From an uncultured Candidatus Saccharibacteria bacterium (GTDB lineage: Bacteria > Patescibacteriota > Minisyncoccia > Phycocordibacterales > UBA9973), in contig CAZHJZ010000001.1 of the NCBI GenBank assembly GCA_964532495.1, positions 44,644-108,643 on the forward strand: a stretch of 64,000 nucleotides of DNA, in the 5' to 3' direction. The number at the start of each line of letters is the position of its first letter. The first letter of the stretch is position 1. The notes under the pieces are model-generated. The model ran no database searches. It saw only the letters and a program-made list of their open reading frames with translations, and was not told the origin of the DNA. A program made the position numbers and the translations under genes. Below are positions 19,071 through 28,553 of the stretch, piece after piece.

Positions 19071-19901
19071 TTATTTGCTTTTCATAATCTCCTCTACTAC
19101 CAGTAAAGCAAATTTCTTTTCGCTTATACGTGTAATAGTTTTGATTGTTGTTTTAATCGCTACTTTCTCGCTTATTGTCTCAAGCGATACGCCGAGGTCC
19201 TGCAATACCTTAATAGCGGCATCGGCACTCTTCTTTGCATCGCGCAGTTTACCCCAGCGAACTCTCTTGTTTGCCAAAGTAATCTGAGCTTTTGTTTGCT
19301 TTATTTCCTTTACACCTTTGGCTTTCGCTTTTTTTGCTACGGGCTTAGATGTTTTGGATGTTTTAGCAGCAAGAGCTTCTGCGGCTCTTTTTGCTGCTTT
19401 TGCTCCAGGCTTAGGACCTGGCCTGTTTTTTACTTTAACATCAGTAGGTGCACTTGTTGATGCGGCTGGTTTTGCAGTAGATGAATGCGAAGTTGGACCA
19501 TCTTGCTGCTGTTTCATAACCGGGCATTTTTTCTTCCCTGTTATAAAATCAACAAAATCCTGTTCCGTAAGCTTTTTAAAATACTCCTCATTAAAAATAA
19601 GGAATAAACCGTCTGCCACACCTTTTTCGCTGTCTATGTATTGGTACGGGATATCAGAAAACTTTGCATCTAAAAATTTCTTTATTTTAGCTTTGTTTTT
19701 TGAATCATGTATTAAATACATTTCAAACGGCCTGTTGGCGTTAAACTCTGAATCGTAGTAATAGTCTCTGATTCCTGGTTTAAAACCTGCCTTCATTCCC
19801 GCTTTAGCGAATTCACCATGTAACTCAATTAAACGTTTTTCCCGTGGGTGGCGTGTATCCGCTACTGTTAGTTTTCCTTTCTTTACTTTTCCTGTTGCCA
19901 T
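19071..19901 (-). CDS. hypothetical protein with histone H1-like Ala/Lys/Pro-rich basic region
   Basis: 276 aa. The central segment KPAASTSAPTDVKVKNRPGPKPGAKAAKRAAEALAAKTSKTSKPVAKKAKAKGVK is low-complexity and basic. Confidence 0.5.
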   Translation of the reverse strand: MATGKVKKGKLTVADTRHPREKRLIELHGEFAKAGMKAGFKPGIRDYYYDSEFNANRPFEMYLIHDSKNKAKIKKFLDAKFSDIPYQYIDSEKGVADGLFLIFNEEYFKKLTEQDFVDFITGKKKCPVMKQQQDGPTSHSSTAKPAASTSAPTDVKVKNRPGPKPGAKAAKRAAEALAAKTSKTSKPVAKKAKAKGVKEIKQTKAQITLANKRVRWGKLRDAKKSADAAIKVLQDLGVSLETISEKVAIKTTIKTITRISEKKFALLVVEEIMKSK

Positions 19902-20040
19902 TGTTCTACTTTTTACTTTGTTTTTGTTTACAATTTCTTTTTGGATGTTGCTGTGTTTGGTTTTTTCAAGGTGGTATCATGCGCTTTTGGGTTTTTAGTT
20001 TGTACGCATATTAACCTATTTTTATAAAATGTCAATAGAT

Positions 20041-20084
20041 GCCTTTGCTGCAAAATAAAATGCGCCAACCAATCGGTCGGCGCA
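20041..20084 (-). terminator. terminator of the 20106..20996 gene
   Basis: TGCGCC-aaccaatcggtc-GGCGCA hairpin, followed on the minus strand by TTTTATTTT. Confidence 0.5.
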
Positions 20085-20105
20085 TATAATAAAAACATTA
20101 TTCAG

Positions 20106-20996
20106 CTATGCAGCTGGTTCTATAACAACTATATCTGTTTCCTCATCTGTTTCCTCGGTTTCTTCATTTAGGTTGGTGGTATTTTTTACCACACTCCCAT
20201 TGTGTCCCCTAGGTACTTCCATTTTGTTTTCTGCGATTAACTTCAGAATGTCAGGGCTGAAAGTTGTGAAAACTTCGTGGTTAAAAATAAAAAATATTGC
20301 CTTATCTACTATTTTAAAGTGAAGCTCTGAAAAATATCTGGAAATTAATCTTCCAGCAAGTTTTGCAGTATCTTCGTTCTCAAAATAGTACACATCGCAA
20401 GGGTCTGGCTGTAAATTTGTAGGAAACCAATAGTTACAAAGATTTTCTACTATATCAGCTTCATTAAAGCCTGCTCTTAATTTAGCTTTATTTTTCAGCA
20501 TGCGACGCATTTCCCATAGTGTTTGTTCTGGTGTTTCTGTGACAACAACTACTCCTGAACTTGCTGGTTGATACTTTTTAGCGGGTTGTTGAGAAATAAT
20601 ATCTTTAAATACAATTTCTTTACGCACCTTTTTATGTGGATCAATATCGAAAGCGTTCATTGGAATTTTATCCAATAACAGAACCAACATATTAATCCAA
20701 TTAGTAAAACCAGTTCGGGGTCCAGCTTTTTTGAAAGCGTCGGGTAGCTCCAATTTTTCTATTAATGTTTTTTGAAGAAAACTCACTGCGGAATAATGTT
20801 TAAATTCAAAAAAGATAACAGTTGGATTAGAAGTAGCATGTATTTTAAATGTATAGGGCACCAGTTCGTTAACCTCTGGTATTGCAAACCAAGCTTCTTT
20901 TTTACTTAACGTATTGAGAAGGTAGATAATTTTTTGCACTTTGAGCGGAAGCTCCATGGTGCTTACAAGATTGGTTGTTAAGGTTATATCATCCAT
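20106..20996 (-). CDS. hypothetical protein
   Basis: ORF-track coordinates are 20106..21155. I prefer the internal start MDDITL at 20996, which avoids a 23-nt overlap with the upstream gene. No known family. Confidence 0.5.
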   Translation of the reverse strand: MDDITLTTNLVSTMELPLKVQKIIYLLNTLSKKEAWFAIPEVNELVPYTFKIHATSNPTVIFFEFKHYSAVSFLQKTLIEKLELPDAFKKAGPRTGFTNWINMLVLLLDKIPMNAFDIDPHKKVRKEIVFKDIISQQPAKKYQPASSGVVVVTETPEQTLWEMRRMLKNKAKLRAGFNEADIVENLCNYWFPTNLQPDPCDVYYFENEDTAKLAGRLISRYFSELHFKIVDKAIFFIFNHEVFTTFSPDILKLIAENKMEVPRGHNGSVVKNTTNLNEETEETDEETDIVVIEPAA

Positions 20997-21132
20997 GGGT
21001 GGTTTTTTCGATATATTACATTTCAAATAGCAGACTGTCAAATGCAATGATGGGATAAATAACGATGATTCTATAGCTAATAAAAAGCGCGCTGGTATAA
21101 AAAATACCAACGCGTTACTACAATTAAATACT

Positions 21133-22512
21133 CTATGACACCACTTCTCTGTCATACATTTTTTTCAGGTTCTTAAAAACATCATTTGCGGTTTCTCCTA
21201 CTTCAAAAATAATTCCGCCTCTCTCGCGTGATTTTTTTAGAACCGACTCCATCCTTTTGTTGTCATAATTTTGTTCATTCCACATAAAGCGAAGAACAGC
21301 TGAGGAAACGGTACTGGATTTAGGGAGGTGTGGCCGCAAAACCAGCATATTGTTAAGTATTTCGTCACTATTAAGTGAGAAATCCTCCTCAAAACTACCG
21401 TCCTGAAATAGCACTTTTGCTATTCCTCTATTTTTACCACTCAGCGCTTCGATAATTACGCTCGATGGTAGTTTTTTACTAATCCATTCAGCAATCTTGC
21501 GATATACCGGAACATTAAGTTCAGCCCATGCCTTAAGGTAATCACCAAACTTCCACAGTTTACGGCGGTTATTAAGCACAGCTGTTAAGCGTACTAATTC
21601 CTCAAGTGAATCAACATGTATCGTTATGTACTTTATTCGTAAACCACGTTTCATGCAGGCACTATAGGTGTGTTGTCCATCTACAATCCACATTTTCCAT
21701 TCGCCATCAACACAATCAGTATAAGCCACCTTAATTACATCTACTACGCCAAATTGATCCATAGATTTCGCAATCCACTCAATATGTTTTGGATCACGGT
21801 CGCGATTGAATGGAAGAAAATGGAACAGGCCATAATCCTTTGTTTCAACAACAAATGTGTCATCTTCATCTGCTTTCTTTAGAGATTCCCTCAGTAAAAT
21901 AATATTTTCCAGGTTTATTTTAAGAATATCTGAAGAAATAGTAGCATAGACCATTTTCCCTCTCTTTTTTGCACGTATTTTATTACCTTCAAAAAATTGA
22001 AGTGCCAATCTGGCGGTGTAGTGATTTTCGGCTTTTATACACACTTCTTCTTCGTAAATGCTTCGTACAATCTGTACGGGGTGATTGACAATGTGTGCAT
22101 CTAGTTTCTCGTGCTCAAAGTATTTATTTACCTGGCTGAACCATTTCTGGCAAATTTCTAAATCCTTTAAGATGTTTTTATGGTGCGGTATCGCCTCAAG
22201 TTGCATTGCATGTTTTGCAACAACAAGAAACTCACCTACCATTGAAACAGTTAACCCTTTTTTTTCAAGTAAGTAGAGAGCCTTACTCATATCCAAAGTA
22301 TCTGGAATAAAAACTTCGGCTATTTCTAAGTGGCCTCCGTACTTCCTTACAGTACTCTGTTTTTTTAACTCATTAGCATCAATAATGCTAGTCAACGAGT
22401 CTCTGATCTGGGTTAAAAATGTTTCCCTTTTTTGCGTTTCAGAGTTGGCATCATTTTCTGGCACTCCTACTTGAGTGTTCTGGTCGAGGTTGGGGTCTGA
22501 GTTGGGTTCCAT
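21133..22512 (-). CDS. ParB/Srx-fold (DUF262-like) domain protein
   Basis: 459 aa. The segment ...FLPFNRDRDPKHIEWIAKSMDQFGVV...IVDGQHTYSACMKRGL follows the ParB-like nuclease-domain pattern (DGxHR/DGQQR-type motif followed by A....G). Confidence 0.5.
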   Translation of the reverse strand: MEPNSDPNLDQNTQVGVPENDANSETQKRETFLTQIRDSLTSIIDANELKKQSTVRKYGGHLEIAEVFIPDTLDMSKALYLLEKKGLTVSMVGEFLVVAKHAMQLEAIPHHKNILKDLEICQKWFSQVNKYFEHEKLDAHIVNHPVQIVRSIYEEEVCIKAENHYTARLALQFFEGNKIRAKKRGKMVYATISSDILKINLENIILLRESLKKADEDDTFVVETKDYGLFHFLPFNRDRDPKHIEWIAKSMDQFGVVDVIKVAYTDCVDGEWKMWIVDGQHTYSACMKRGLRIKYITIHVDSLEELVRLTAVLNNRRKLWKFGDYLKAWAELNVPVYRKIAEWISKKLPSSVIIEALSGKNRGIAKVLFQDGSFEEDFSLNSDEILNNMLVLRPHLPKSSTVSSAVLRFMWNEQNYDNKRMESVLKKSRERGGIIFEVGETANDVFKNLKKMYDREVVS

Positions 22513-22562
22513 ATGTCAATGTTTTTTGTTTTGACTTATACTAACCTTTATGGCCTAAATGT

Positions 22563-22587
22563 CAAACGGCGCCGAAGGCGCCGTTTG
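22563..22587 (-). terminator. perfect hairpin downstream of uvrB
   Basis: AAACGGCGCC-gaa-GGCGCCGTTT lies 20 nt downstream of the uvrB stop on the minus strand. The U-tract is weak. Confidence 0.45.
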
Positions 22588-22607
22588 ATGTATTTGTATA
22601 TTATGAT

Positions 22608-24689
22608 TTAGTCTATCAATATCTCCCCCTTCTTCAACTTTCGTTTCGGTGGAGCTGGCATTTTTGCCTGGAGCGCCTTTATCTCATCTCGCAAAATAGC
22701 GGCAGTTTCAAAATCGAGCTCGCGCACTGCTTCAGCCATTTCTTCTTCCTTAAGTTTGATCAGTTTCTTTGGATCTTTTTTGAACACTTCGTTGTCGATG
22801 GCCAAATTAAACGCAACTGACTTCTCATGCTCACTTTCCATTTCCTGAGAAATATCTTTGATAGCTTTGATAATCGTTTTCGGAGTAATGCCATGCTTGG
22901 TATTGTATGCAATCTGCACTTCGCGGCGGCGATTTGTTTCGCCGATAGCGCGCTCCATTGAACCAGTCATGAGGTCGGCATACAAAATTACCTTTCCTTT
23001 AACATTACGCGCCGCGCGTCCAATCGTTTGAATAAGTGAGGTTTCTGAACGGAGAAAACCTTCTTTGTCAGCATCCAAAATTCCAATAAGTTCAACTTCC
23101 GGCAAGTCCAATCCTTCGCGGAGCAAGTTAACACCGACAAGACAATCGAATTCTCCTCGGCGGAAACTGGTAAGAATTTTAATACGATCAATTGTTTTAA
23201 TATCACTGTGAACATACTCAGACTTCATGCCTCGCTCTTTGAGATATGCAGCCAAATCCTCAGCCATTTTTTTGGTAAGAGTTGTTGCAAGTACGCGTCC
23301 GCCTCCTTTGATAGTTTTTTCAGCTTCAGCAATGAAGTCCTGGATCTGTCCGGTATACGCTCCTTTTTCGAGAATCGGACGAATAACTATTTCTGGATCG
23401 ATCAAACCGGTCGGACGAATAATCTGCTGAACAATCTGTTCGCTTTCTGTTCGTTCCAATTGGCTTGGAGTCGCAGACACATAGACAACTTGTCCAATGC
23501 GTTCTTCAAACTCTGGATATTTGAGCGGCCTGTTATCCTTTGCAGAAGGCAAACGGAAACCGAATTCCACCAGCGTATTTTTTCGTGATGCATCGCCGGC
23601 GAACATGCCGTGCAATTGCGGAAGTGTCACATGAGACTCATCTATAAACGTCAAAAACTCCGGCGTGCCGTCTTTTGCATGAGGAAAATACGAGAGCAAA
23701 GTTTCCGGTGGTTCGCCAGCTTGCTTGCCAGAAAGATGTCGGGAGTAGTTTTCAATTCCAGAACAGTATCCCATTTCGCGGATCATAGCTATATCGTATG
23801 TTGTTCGGCGCTTGATGCGCTCAGCTTCCAGTAGCTTCCCTTCCTTTTCAAATTTTTTAAGCTGATCTGCGAGTTCCATCTTGATCAATTTGAGCGCTGT
23901 CTCTTTTGTTTTCTCATCGGTAATAAAGTGCTTGGCTGGAAAGATAAAAACAGTCTGCTCTTCAGCCAAAACTTTTGATGAAACCGGATCGATTTTCAAA
24001 ATGCCGGAAATAGTGTCGCCAGAGATCTGGATCTGATATACGAACGTTTCTGATGTCGGCATGATATCTACCTTTGAACCGATTGAACGGAATGTACCTG
24101 AAGTAAGATCGGCGTTAGTTCTCTCAAATTGAACAGTAATCAAACGCTGCATGATTTCCATGCGAGAGATTTTATCGCCGACAGAAAGTTTCAAATTTTT
24201 TGCTTCATATTCTTTTGGAGACCCCAAACCGTAAATACAAGAAACTGAGGCGACAATAATAACATCTTTGCGAGTGAGCAACGCCTGAGTTGAAGCATGA
24301 CGAAGTCGGTCAATTTCTTCGTTGATCTGAGCATCTTTTTCGATAAAGGTATCGGTTGTCGGCAGGTAGGCTTCCGGCTGGTAGTAGTCGTAGTACGAAA
24401 CGAAATAGTGAACGGCATGACTCGGGAAGAATTCCCGGAACTCCTGAGCAAGCTGGGCAGCCAAGGTCTTGTTGTGAGCGATGATAAGTGTCGGTTTGCC
24501 CCATTCCTGGATGACATTGGCCATCGTAAAGGTCTTTCCCGTACCGGTAGCACCAAGAAGAGTCTGCTTGCGCAATCCCTTCTCCAAGCCCTTCATAAGG
24601 CCTTTAATAGCCTCTGGCTGGTCGCCGGCAGGCTTATATTCGCTTTCAAGCTTGAATGTACCTGATTTACCTTGGGAACCTTTAGACAT
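22608..24689 (-). CDS. uvrB: excinuclease ABC subunit B
   Basis: GATGTGKTFTMANVI Walker A, helicase motifs, and a C-terminal UVR domain (ETAAILRDEIKALQ). 693 aa. Confidence 0.9.
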   Translation of the reverse strand: MSKGSQGKSGTFKLESEYKPAGDQPEAIKGLMKGLEKGLRKQTLLGATGTGKTFTMANVIQEWGKPTLIIAHNKTLAAQLAQEFREFFPSHAVHYFVSYYDYYQPEAYLPTTDTFIEKDAQINEEIDRLRHASTQALLTRKDVIIVASVSCIYGLGSPKEYEAKNLKLSVGDKISRMEIMQRLITVQFERTNADLTSGTFRSIGSKVDIMPTSETFVYQIQISGDTISGILKIDPVSSKVLAEEQTVFIFPAKHFITDEKTKETALKLIKMELADQLKKFEKEGKLLEAERIKRRTTYDIAMIREMGYCSGIENYSRHLSGKQAGEPPETLLSYFPHAKDGTPEFLTFIDESHVTLPQLHGMFAGDASRKNTLVEFGFRLPSAKDNRPLKYPEFEERIGQVVYVSATPSQLERTESEQIVQQIIRPTGLIDPEIVIRPILEKGAYTGQIQDFIAEAEKTIKGGGRVLATTLTKKMAEDLAAYLKERGMKSEYVHSDIKTIDRIKILTSFRRGEFDCLVGVNLLREGLDLPEVELIGILDADKEGFLRSETSLIQTIGRAARNVKGKVILYADLMTGSMERAIGETNRRREVQIAYNTKHGITPKTIIKAIKDISQEMESEHEKSVAFNLAIDNEVFKKDPKKLIKLKEEEMAEAVRELDFETAAILRDEIKALQAKMPAPPKRKLKKGEILID

Positions 24690-24754
24690 CTCTATAGTGT
24701 AGCATACCTGTCAAATGTGGTGAATTTCAAACACCCTAAAGCTTTATAGTTTAA

Positions 24755-24783
24755 TTGACAAATTCATAGTTTTATGCTATTAT
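24755..24783 (+). promoter_or_regulatory. sigma70-type promoter for the 24883..25359 gene
   Basis: TTGACA-N17-TATTAT, with TGc immediately upstream of the -10 (TGn-extended). Confidence 0.5.
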
Positions 24784-24882
24784 GCAGCTAACTGTTTTTT
24801 GACAAGTATATTGTGTCGTTAGTAGATTTTCTTTGCCTCTTTTGGAGATAAAGATAATCTACTAACCTTAAACAAAACCGAT

Positions 24883-25359
24883 ATGGCAACTACAATTGAA
24901 GAAAAACTAAAAGACAGATTTGGTAAAGATGATATTAAGATATCTATCGAAACCCAACCATTTCCACTAACCATGAAAAGAAAGGAATTCTTGCCAGGCA
25001 AGAAGGATGTTCAAATCTACGTTTGTGGGAATGACCTTGTACTTGAAAGCATCTCAGCATTCAGTAAAAATTCTGAATCAAATCTGCTAGAAATACTTTC
25101 GAACAGTTACTTTCACGGTGAACTATCAGCAACCCCAACTCATGTAATTTGTGTTTTGGGCGCCAGAAATACTACTGAGCGAAACGCTGATGGAACATTC
25201 AATGCTCAGATTTATGAGTTAACCAAAGAGCAGAGAGATAAAATTACCGAGGACAGCGATCTTCAAAAGGAAATATGGAACGAAGAAGACAACAACTTGG
25301 TTGAGGGTATCAAACAAGACCCTCATTCACCAGGAGACTATATTCAGTACGGTGATTAA
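24883..25359 (+). CDS. hypothetical protein
   Basis: 158-aa ORF divergent from uvrB, with its own promoter and terminator. Confidence 0.45.
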   Translation: MATTIEEKLKDRFGKDDIKISIETQPFPLTMKRKEFLPGKKDVQIYVCGNDLVLESISAFSKNSESNLLEILSNSYFHGELSATPTHVICVLGARNTTERNADGTFNAQIYELTKEQRDKITEDSDLQKEIWNEEDNNLVEGIKQDPHSPGDYIQYGD

Positions 25360-25372
25360 GAAAACAATTCAA

Positions 25373-25410
25373 AGTTTATTTAGACCCCCGTCTTCGAGAA
25401 ATCGAAGCGG
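25373..25410 (+). terminator. rho-independent terminator after 24883..25359
   Basis: CCCGtCTTCGA-gaaa-TCGAAGcGGG followed by TGTTTTTTATT. Confidence 0.55.
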
Positions 25411-25466
25411 GTGTTTTTTATTATTAAAAAGCCGCCTGAATTTTTTCAGTACGGCTCTTTTTTAAT

Positions 25467-25721
25467 TTAGAAATTATTACAATCTTCGCCAAGCGAACCA
25501 AGTCGATCGACTTTGTTGGGATGATATGGCGGCTTTACCTCCAAACTCACTTCCCAATACACTTCTGAATTGCGACGGATTGGGTGCTGCTCTCCACAAA
25601 TGCATTCTACCCTTATCACCGTATCTCCATGCGACCTGGTGTGCAGTTTAATAACTTCATGCCCTTTTTCTTTTGTCTTATTGATTGCTGCAATCAAAAG
25701 ATCTTTGTCTGCTTTTCTCAT
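25467..25721 (-). CDS. hypothetical small protein with Cys/His cluster
   Basis: 84 aa containing ECICGEQHPIRR. A convergent terminator, AGCCG-N-CGGCT followed by a T-tract, sits at 25412..25450 on the minus strand. Confidence 0.4.
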   Translation of the reverse strand: MRKADKDLLIAAINKTKEKGHEVIKLHTRSHGDTVIRVECICGEQHPIRRNSEVYWEVSLEVKPPYHPNKVDRLGSLGEDCNNF

Positions 25722-25944
25722 AAAAAATTGTTTTGTTAGTTAAAAAAATATAATCGATATTTCAAAGAACGAAAAAATCCTCCACCGAAAAGTGAAGGAC
25801 TTTTTACTGATTCCGCCGATTAGATTTTATCTAGATACAGAAAGCAGCCCTCCACCGATTGTGAAGGTAAAGAAGAAGCTGCTGTTTTTTGTGTATCTTG
25901 AATACATATACTATGTATAGCAAGTATATAAATTGTGTCAATAA

Positions 25945-26973
25945 TTATTTCTTTCCCAGATTCTCCTGCCACTTCCACGCAGACTCCATCATCTCTTTCA
26001 ATCCCAACTCCGGCTTCCACCCCAAAACTTTCTTTGCTTTTTTAGTATCTGAATACACCGCCTCGATATCTCCGGGTCGTTTTGGTCCAATTGTGTAATT
26101 TAATTTCTGCCCAGTCGCTTTTTCAAATGCCGTGATCATTTCTAGCACCGTGCTTCCCTTTCCGGTTCCGAGATTAATGACGTCGTACTTTGGGGTAGTT
26201 TTCTTTTCAAGGTGCTTGAGCGCGAGCACATGTGCTCGCGCGATATCTGAAACATGGACGTAATCCCTGACGGCGCTTCCATCACGAGTTTTGTAGTTGC
26301 CGCCAAATACTGTCATTGACGGACGTTTGCCAATAGCTGTTTCGGTGATGATAGGAACAAGATTGTCTGGCTTACCGCTTGGCAATTCGCCGATCAGGCC
26401 GCTTTCATGCGCGCCTACAGGATTGAAATATCGTAAAGCTACTATTTTCATTGTGTCATTTCCTTTTGCTATATCTTCGAGGACCATTTCCCCTATCTGT
26501 TTTGTCCGTGCGTATGGAGACTCAGCTACACCAAACGGTGTTGATTCTGAAACTGGCATTTTTTTCACCATTCCGTATACCGAGCAAGAAGAGGAAAAAA
26601 CCAGTGTCGGAATATGACACTTTTTCATACATGCCAGAATAACCATCAGCGAACCGAGATTATTTGCAAAATATTTGAGCGGCTCATTTACAGACTCACC
26701 CACCGACTTCAATGCGGCAAAATGAATAATGCCGTCAAAGTATTTTTCTTTTCTAAAAACAGCTTCTACTTTCTTCTCATCACAGAGATCAACATCGTAA
26801 TTCTTTACTGAAACGCCAGTAATTTTTTTGATTCTTGAAAATGTCTCCTTAGTACTATGGGAAAAATCATCTATCGAAACAACCTCATATCCAGCACCCA
26901 AAAGCTCAATAATAGTGTGAGAACCAATATAGCCCGCGCCACCAGTTACAAGAATTTTCCCTTTAGATTTCAT
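25945..26973 (-). CDS. galE: UDP-glucose 4-epimerase
   Basis: KILVTGGAGYIGSHTIIELLGAGYEVVSIDDFS Rossmann motif, and catalytic YARTK (YxxxK). 342 aa. Confidence 0.85.
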   Translation of the reverse strand: MKSKGKILVTGGAGYIGSHTIIELLGAGYEVVSIDDFSHSTKETFSRIKKITGVSVKNYDVDLCDEKKVEAVFRKEKYFDGIIHFAALKSVGESVNEPLKYFANNLGSLMVILACMKKCHIPTLVFSSSCSVYGMVKKMPVSESTPFGVAESPYARTKQIGEMVLEDIAKGNDTMKIVALRYFNPVGAHESGLIGELPSGKPDNLVPIITETAIGKRPSMTVFGGNYKTRDGSAVRDYVHVSDIARAHVLALKHLEKKTTPKYDVINLGTGKGSTVLEMITAFEKATGQKLNYTIGPKRPGDIEAVYSDTKKAKKVLGWKPELGLKEMMESAWKWQENLGKK

Positions 26974-27310
26974 AGAGATCTTCTTTATATTTTGTTAATA
27001 TCTTAATCACTTCGGGGTCAGTGACTCGAATAAACCGAGTAGTTTCTATTCCGTCTTTACTTACCTTTTGCAAGAACATCGAAAGGGGGCGTGTCCAAAA
27101 CAATTTGCCTGCTTTATACACAAGTGCATGATCATACAGCGGCCGATATATGACTACTTCATCTTTTTCAAAATCTTTGGGATCTGAACTATGCACGCTG
27201 CCGCCTGATTCGGTAGAAAAAGCCGTGCCTAGAACTTCATATGCAAACTCGTTAACTGCCGCATTCGGATCGCGCTTATAATGATAGTAGAATCCTTTTT
27301 CTGGCCGCAT
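26963..27310 (-). CDS. DUF1653 family protein
   Basis: GFYYHYKRDPNAAVNEFAYEVLGTAFSTESGGSVHSSDPKDF...VIYRPLY follows the DUF1653 pattern (YRHYKG...Y.V...A.H.E...VVY). Confidence 0.5.
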   Translation of the reverse strand: MRPEKGFYYHYKRDPNAAVNEFAYEVLGTAFSTESGGSVHSSDPKDFEKDEVVIYRPLYDHALVYKAGKLFWTRPLSMFLQKVSKDGIETTRFIRVTDPEVIKILTKYKEDLYEI

Positions 27311-27315
27311 ATATA

Positions 27316-28542
27316 CTACCCGTTATACTTTTCTAAAAACGACTTTTTAAATTCAAAAAATGTTCCATTTCCGATCGCTTCGCGCATTCGGTCTACGAGA
27401 TTGCAGAGGAAATACAGATTGTGAGTTGAAGCCAATGTTCCTGCCAGCATTTCTTTGCCGTGGAACAAATGTGCCACATATGCCCGAGTGTAGTTTTTGC
27501 AGGTATAGCACTCGCAGACTTCTTCGATTGGTGTAAAATCATCGCGGAACTTCGTATTCAAAATGCTGACTTTGCCCGTTGAAGTATAAATAGTTCCATT
27601 TCTTCCCTGACGAGTTGGCGCAACACAGTCAAAGAGGTCGATGCCATTTTCAACGCCCATAAACAAATCTTCTGGCTCACCGATGCCGAGGAGGTGTCGC
27701 GGTTTTTCCTCGGGAAGAACTTCATTCACCCATTTCACCGCAGTTCCCATATCTTCTTTTGCAAATGAGCCACCAATACCGAAACCATCGAAGCCTTCTC
27801 CGTCTACTGTCATTTCAGAAATAATTTTCGCCGATTCTTTCCGCAATCGTTCTTCGCGTCCGCCCTGAACAATTCCAAACAGCGCTTGGTAATTTGGCTG
27901 TGCAGCATTGAGTTTTAAATGTTCTTCCAAACAGCGCTTTGCCCATCTATGCGTGCGCCCGAGGGCTTCTTCTTGGTATCGCAGATCTTCTGCCGGCGAA
28001 GTGCATTCATCGAACGCAAAAATCATATCGGCACCGAGTGCATGTTGGATCTGGATTGATTTTTCCGGAGTGATGTAATGTATACTCCCATCGAGGTGGG
28101 ATTTGAACGAAACACCGTCATTGCCGATTTTCGCCAAGCTTGGCGCAGATGCATCGTCAAAACGTTCGGGGATCATAAGCGACGGATCGGTGATCTTCAC
28201 CACTTTCGAAATTTCTTTTCCGTATGCAGCGCCAAGTGAGAACACTTGGAATCCTCCTGAGTCAGTCATTGTGGGACCTGACCAGTTCATGAATTGGGCA
28301 AGACCGCCGGCTTTAGCAACAATTTCTTCTCCAGGCTGGAGATACAGATGATACGTGTTCGCCAAAACTACCTGAGCTCGAGCACCAGCGACTCCTTCTG
28401 GCGTCAATGATTTCACTGTTGCCTTAGTGCCTACCGTCACGAATGCAGGAGTAAGAATTTCTCCGTGAGGCGTCTTTAAAATACCGGTTCGCCCAAGCGA
28501 ACCTTCAATTTTATTGGTGATTGTAAACGTAAATGGTTTCAA
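27316..28542 (-). CDS. tgt: queuine tRNA-ribosyltransferase
   Basis: TPHGEILTPAFVTVGTKATVK, DCVAPTRQGRNG, and the zinc site CECYTCKNYTRAYVAHLF. 408 aa. Confidence 0.9.
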   Translation of the reverse strand: MKPFTFTITNKIEGSLGRTGILKTPHGEILTPAFVTVGTKATVKSLTPEGVAGARAQVVLANTYHLYLQPGEEIVAKAGGLAQFMNWSGPTMTDSGGFQVFSLGAAYGKEISKVVKITDPSLMIPERFDDASAPSLAKIGNDGVSFKSHLDGSIHYITPEKSIQIQHALGADMIFAFDECTSPAEDLRYQEEALGRTHRWAKRCLEEHLKLNAAQPNYQALFGIVQGGREERLRKESAKIISEMTVDGEGFDGFGIGGSFAKEDMGTAVKWVNEVLPEEKPRHLLGIGEPEDLFMGVENGIDLFDCVAPTRQGRNGTIYTSTGKVSILNTKFRDDFTPIEEVCECYTCKNYTRAYVAHLFHGKEMLAGTLASTHNLYFLCNLVDRMREAIGNGTFFEFKKSFLEKYNG

Positions 28543-28553
28543 AATATAAAAAA

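Noticed and set aside
22510-22520. TTGACAT box immediately abutting the ATG of 21133..22512
   Set aside because: It is too close to the start codon to be a -35 element for this gene. It is a coincidental match, and the plausible promoter is further upstream at about 22543..22565.
24690-24760. Looked for a LexA/SOS box upstream of uvrB (CTGTCAAATGTGG)
   Set aside because: There is no inverted ACAG half-site and no Gram-positive CGAAC-N4-GTTCG box. No SOS-operator evidence.
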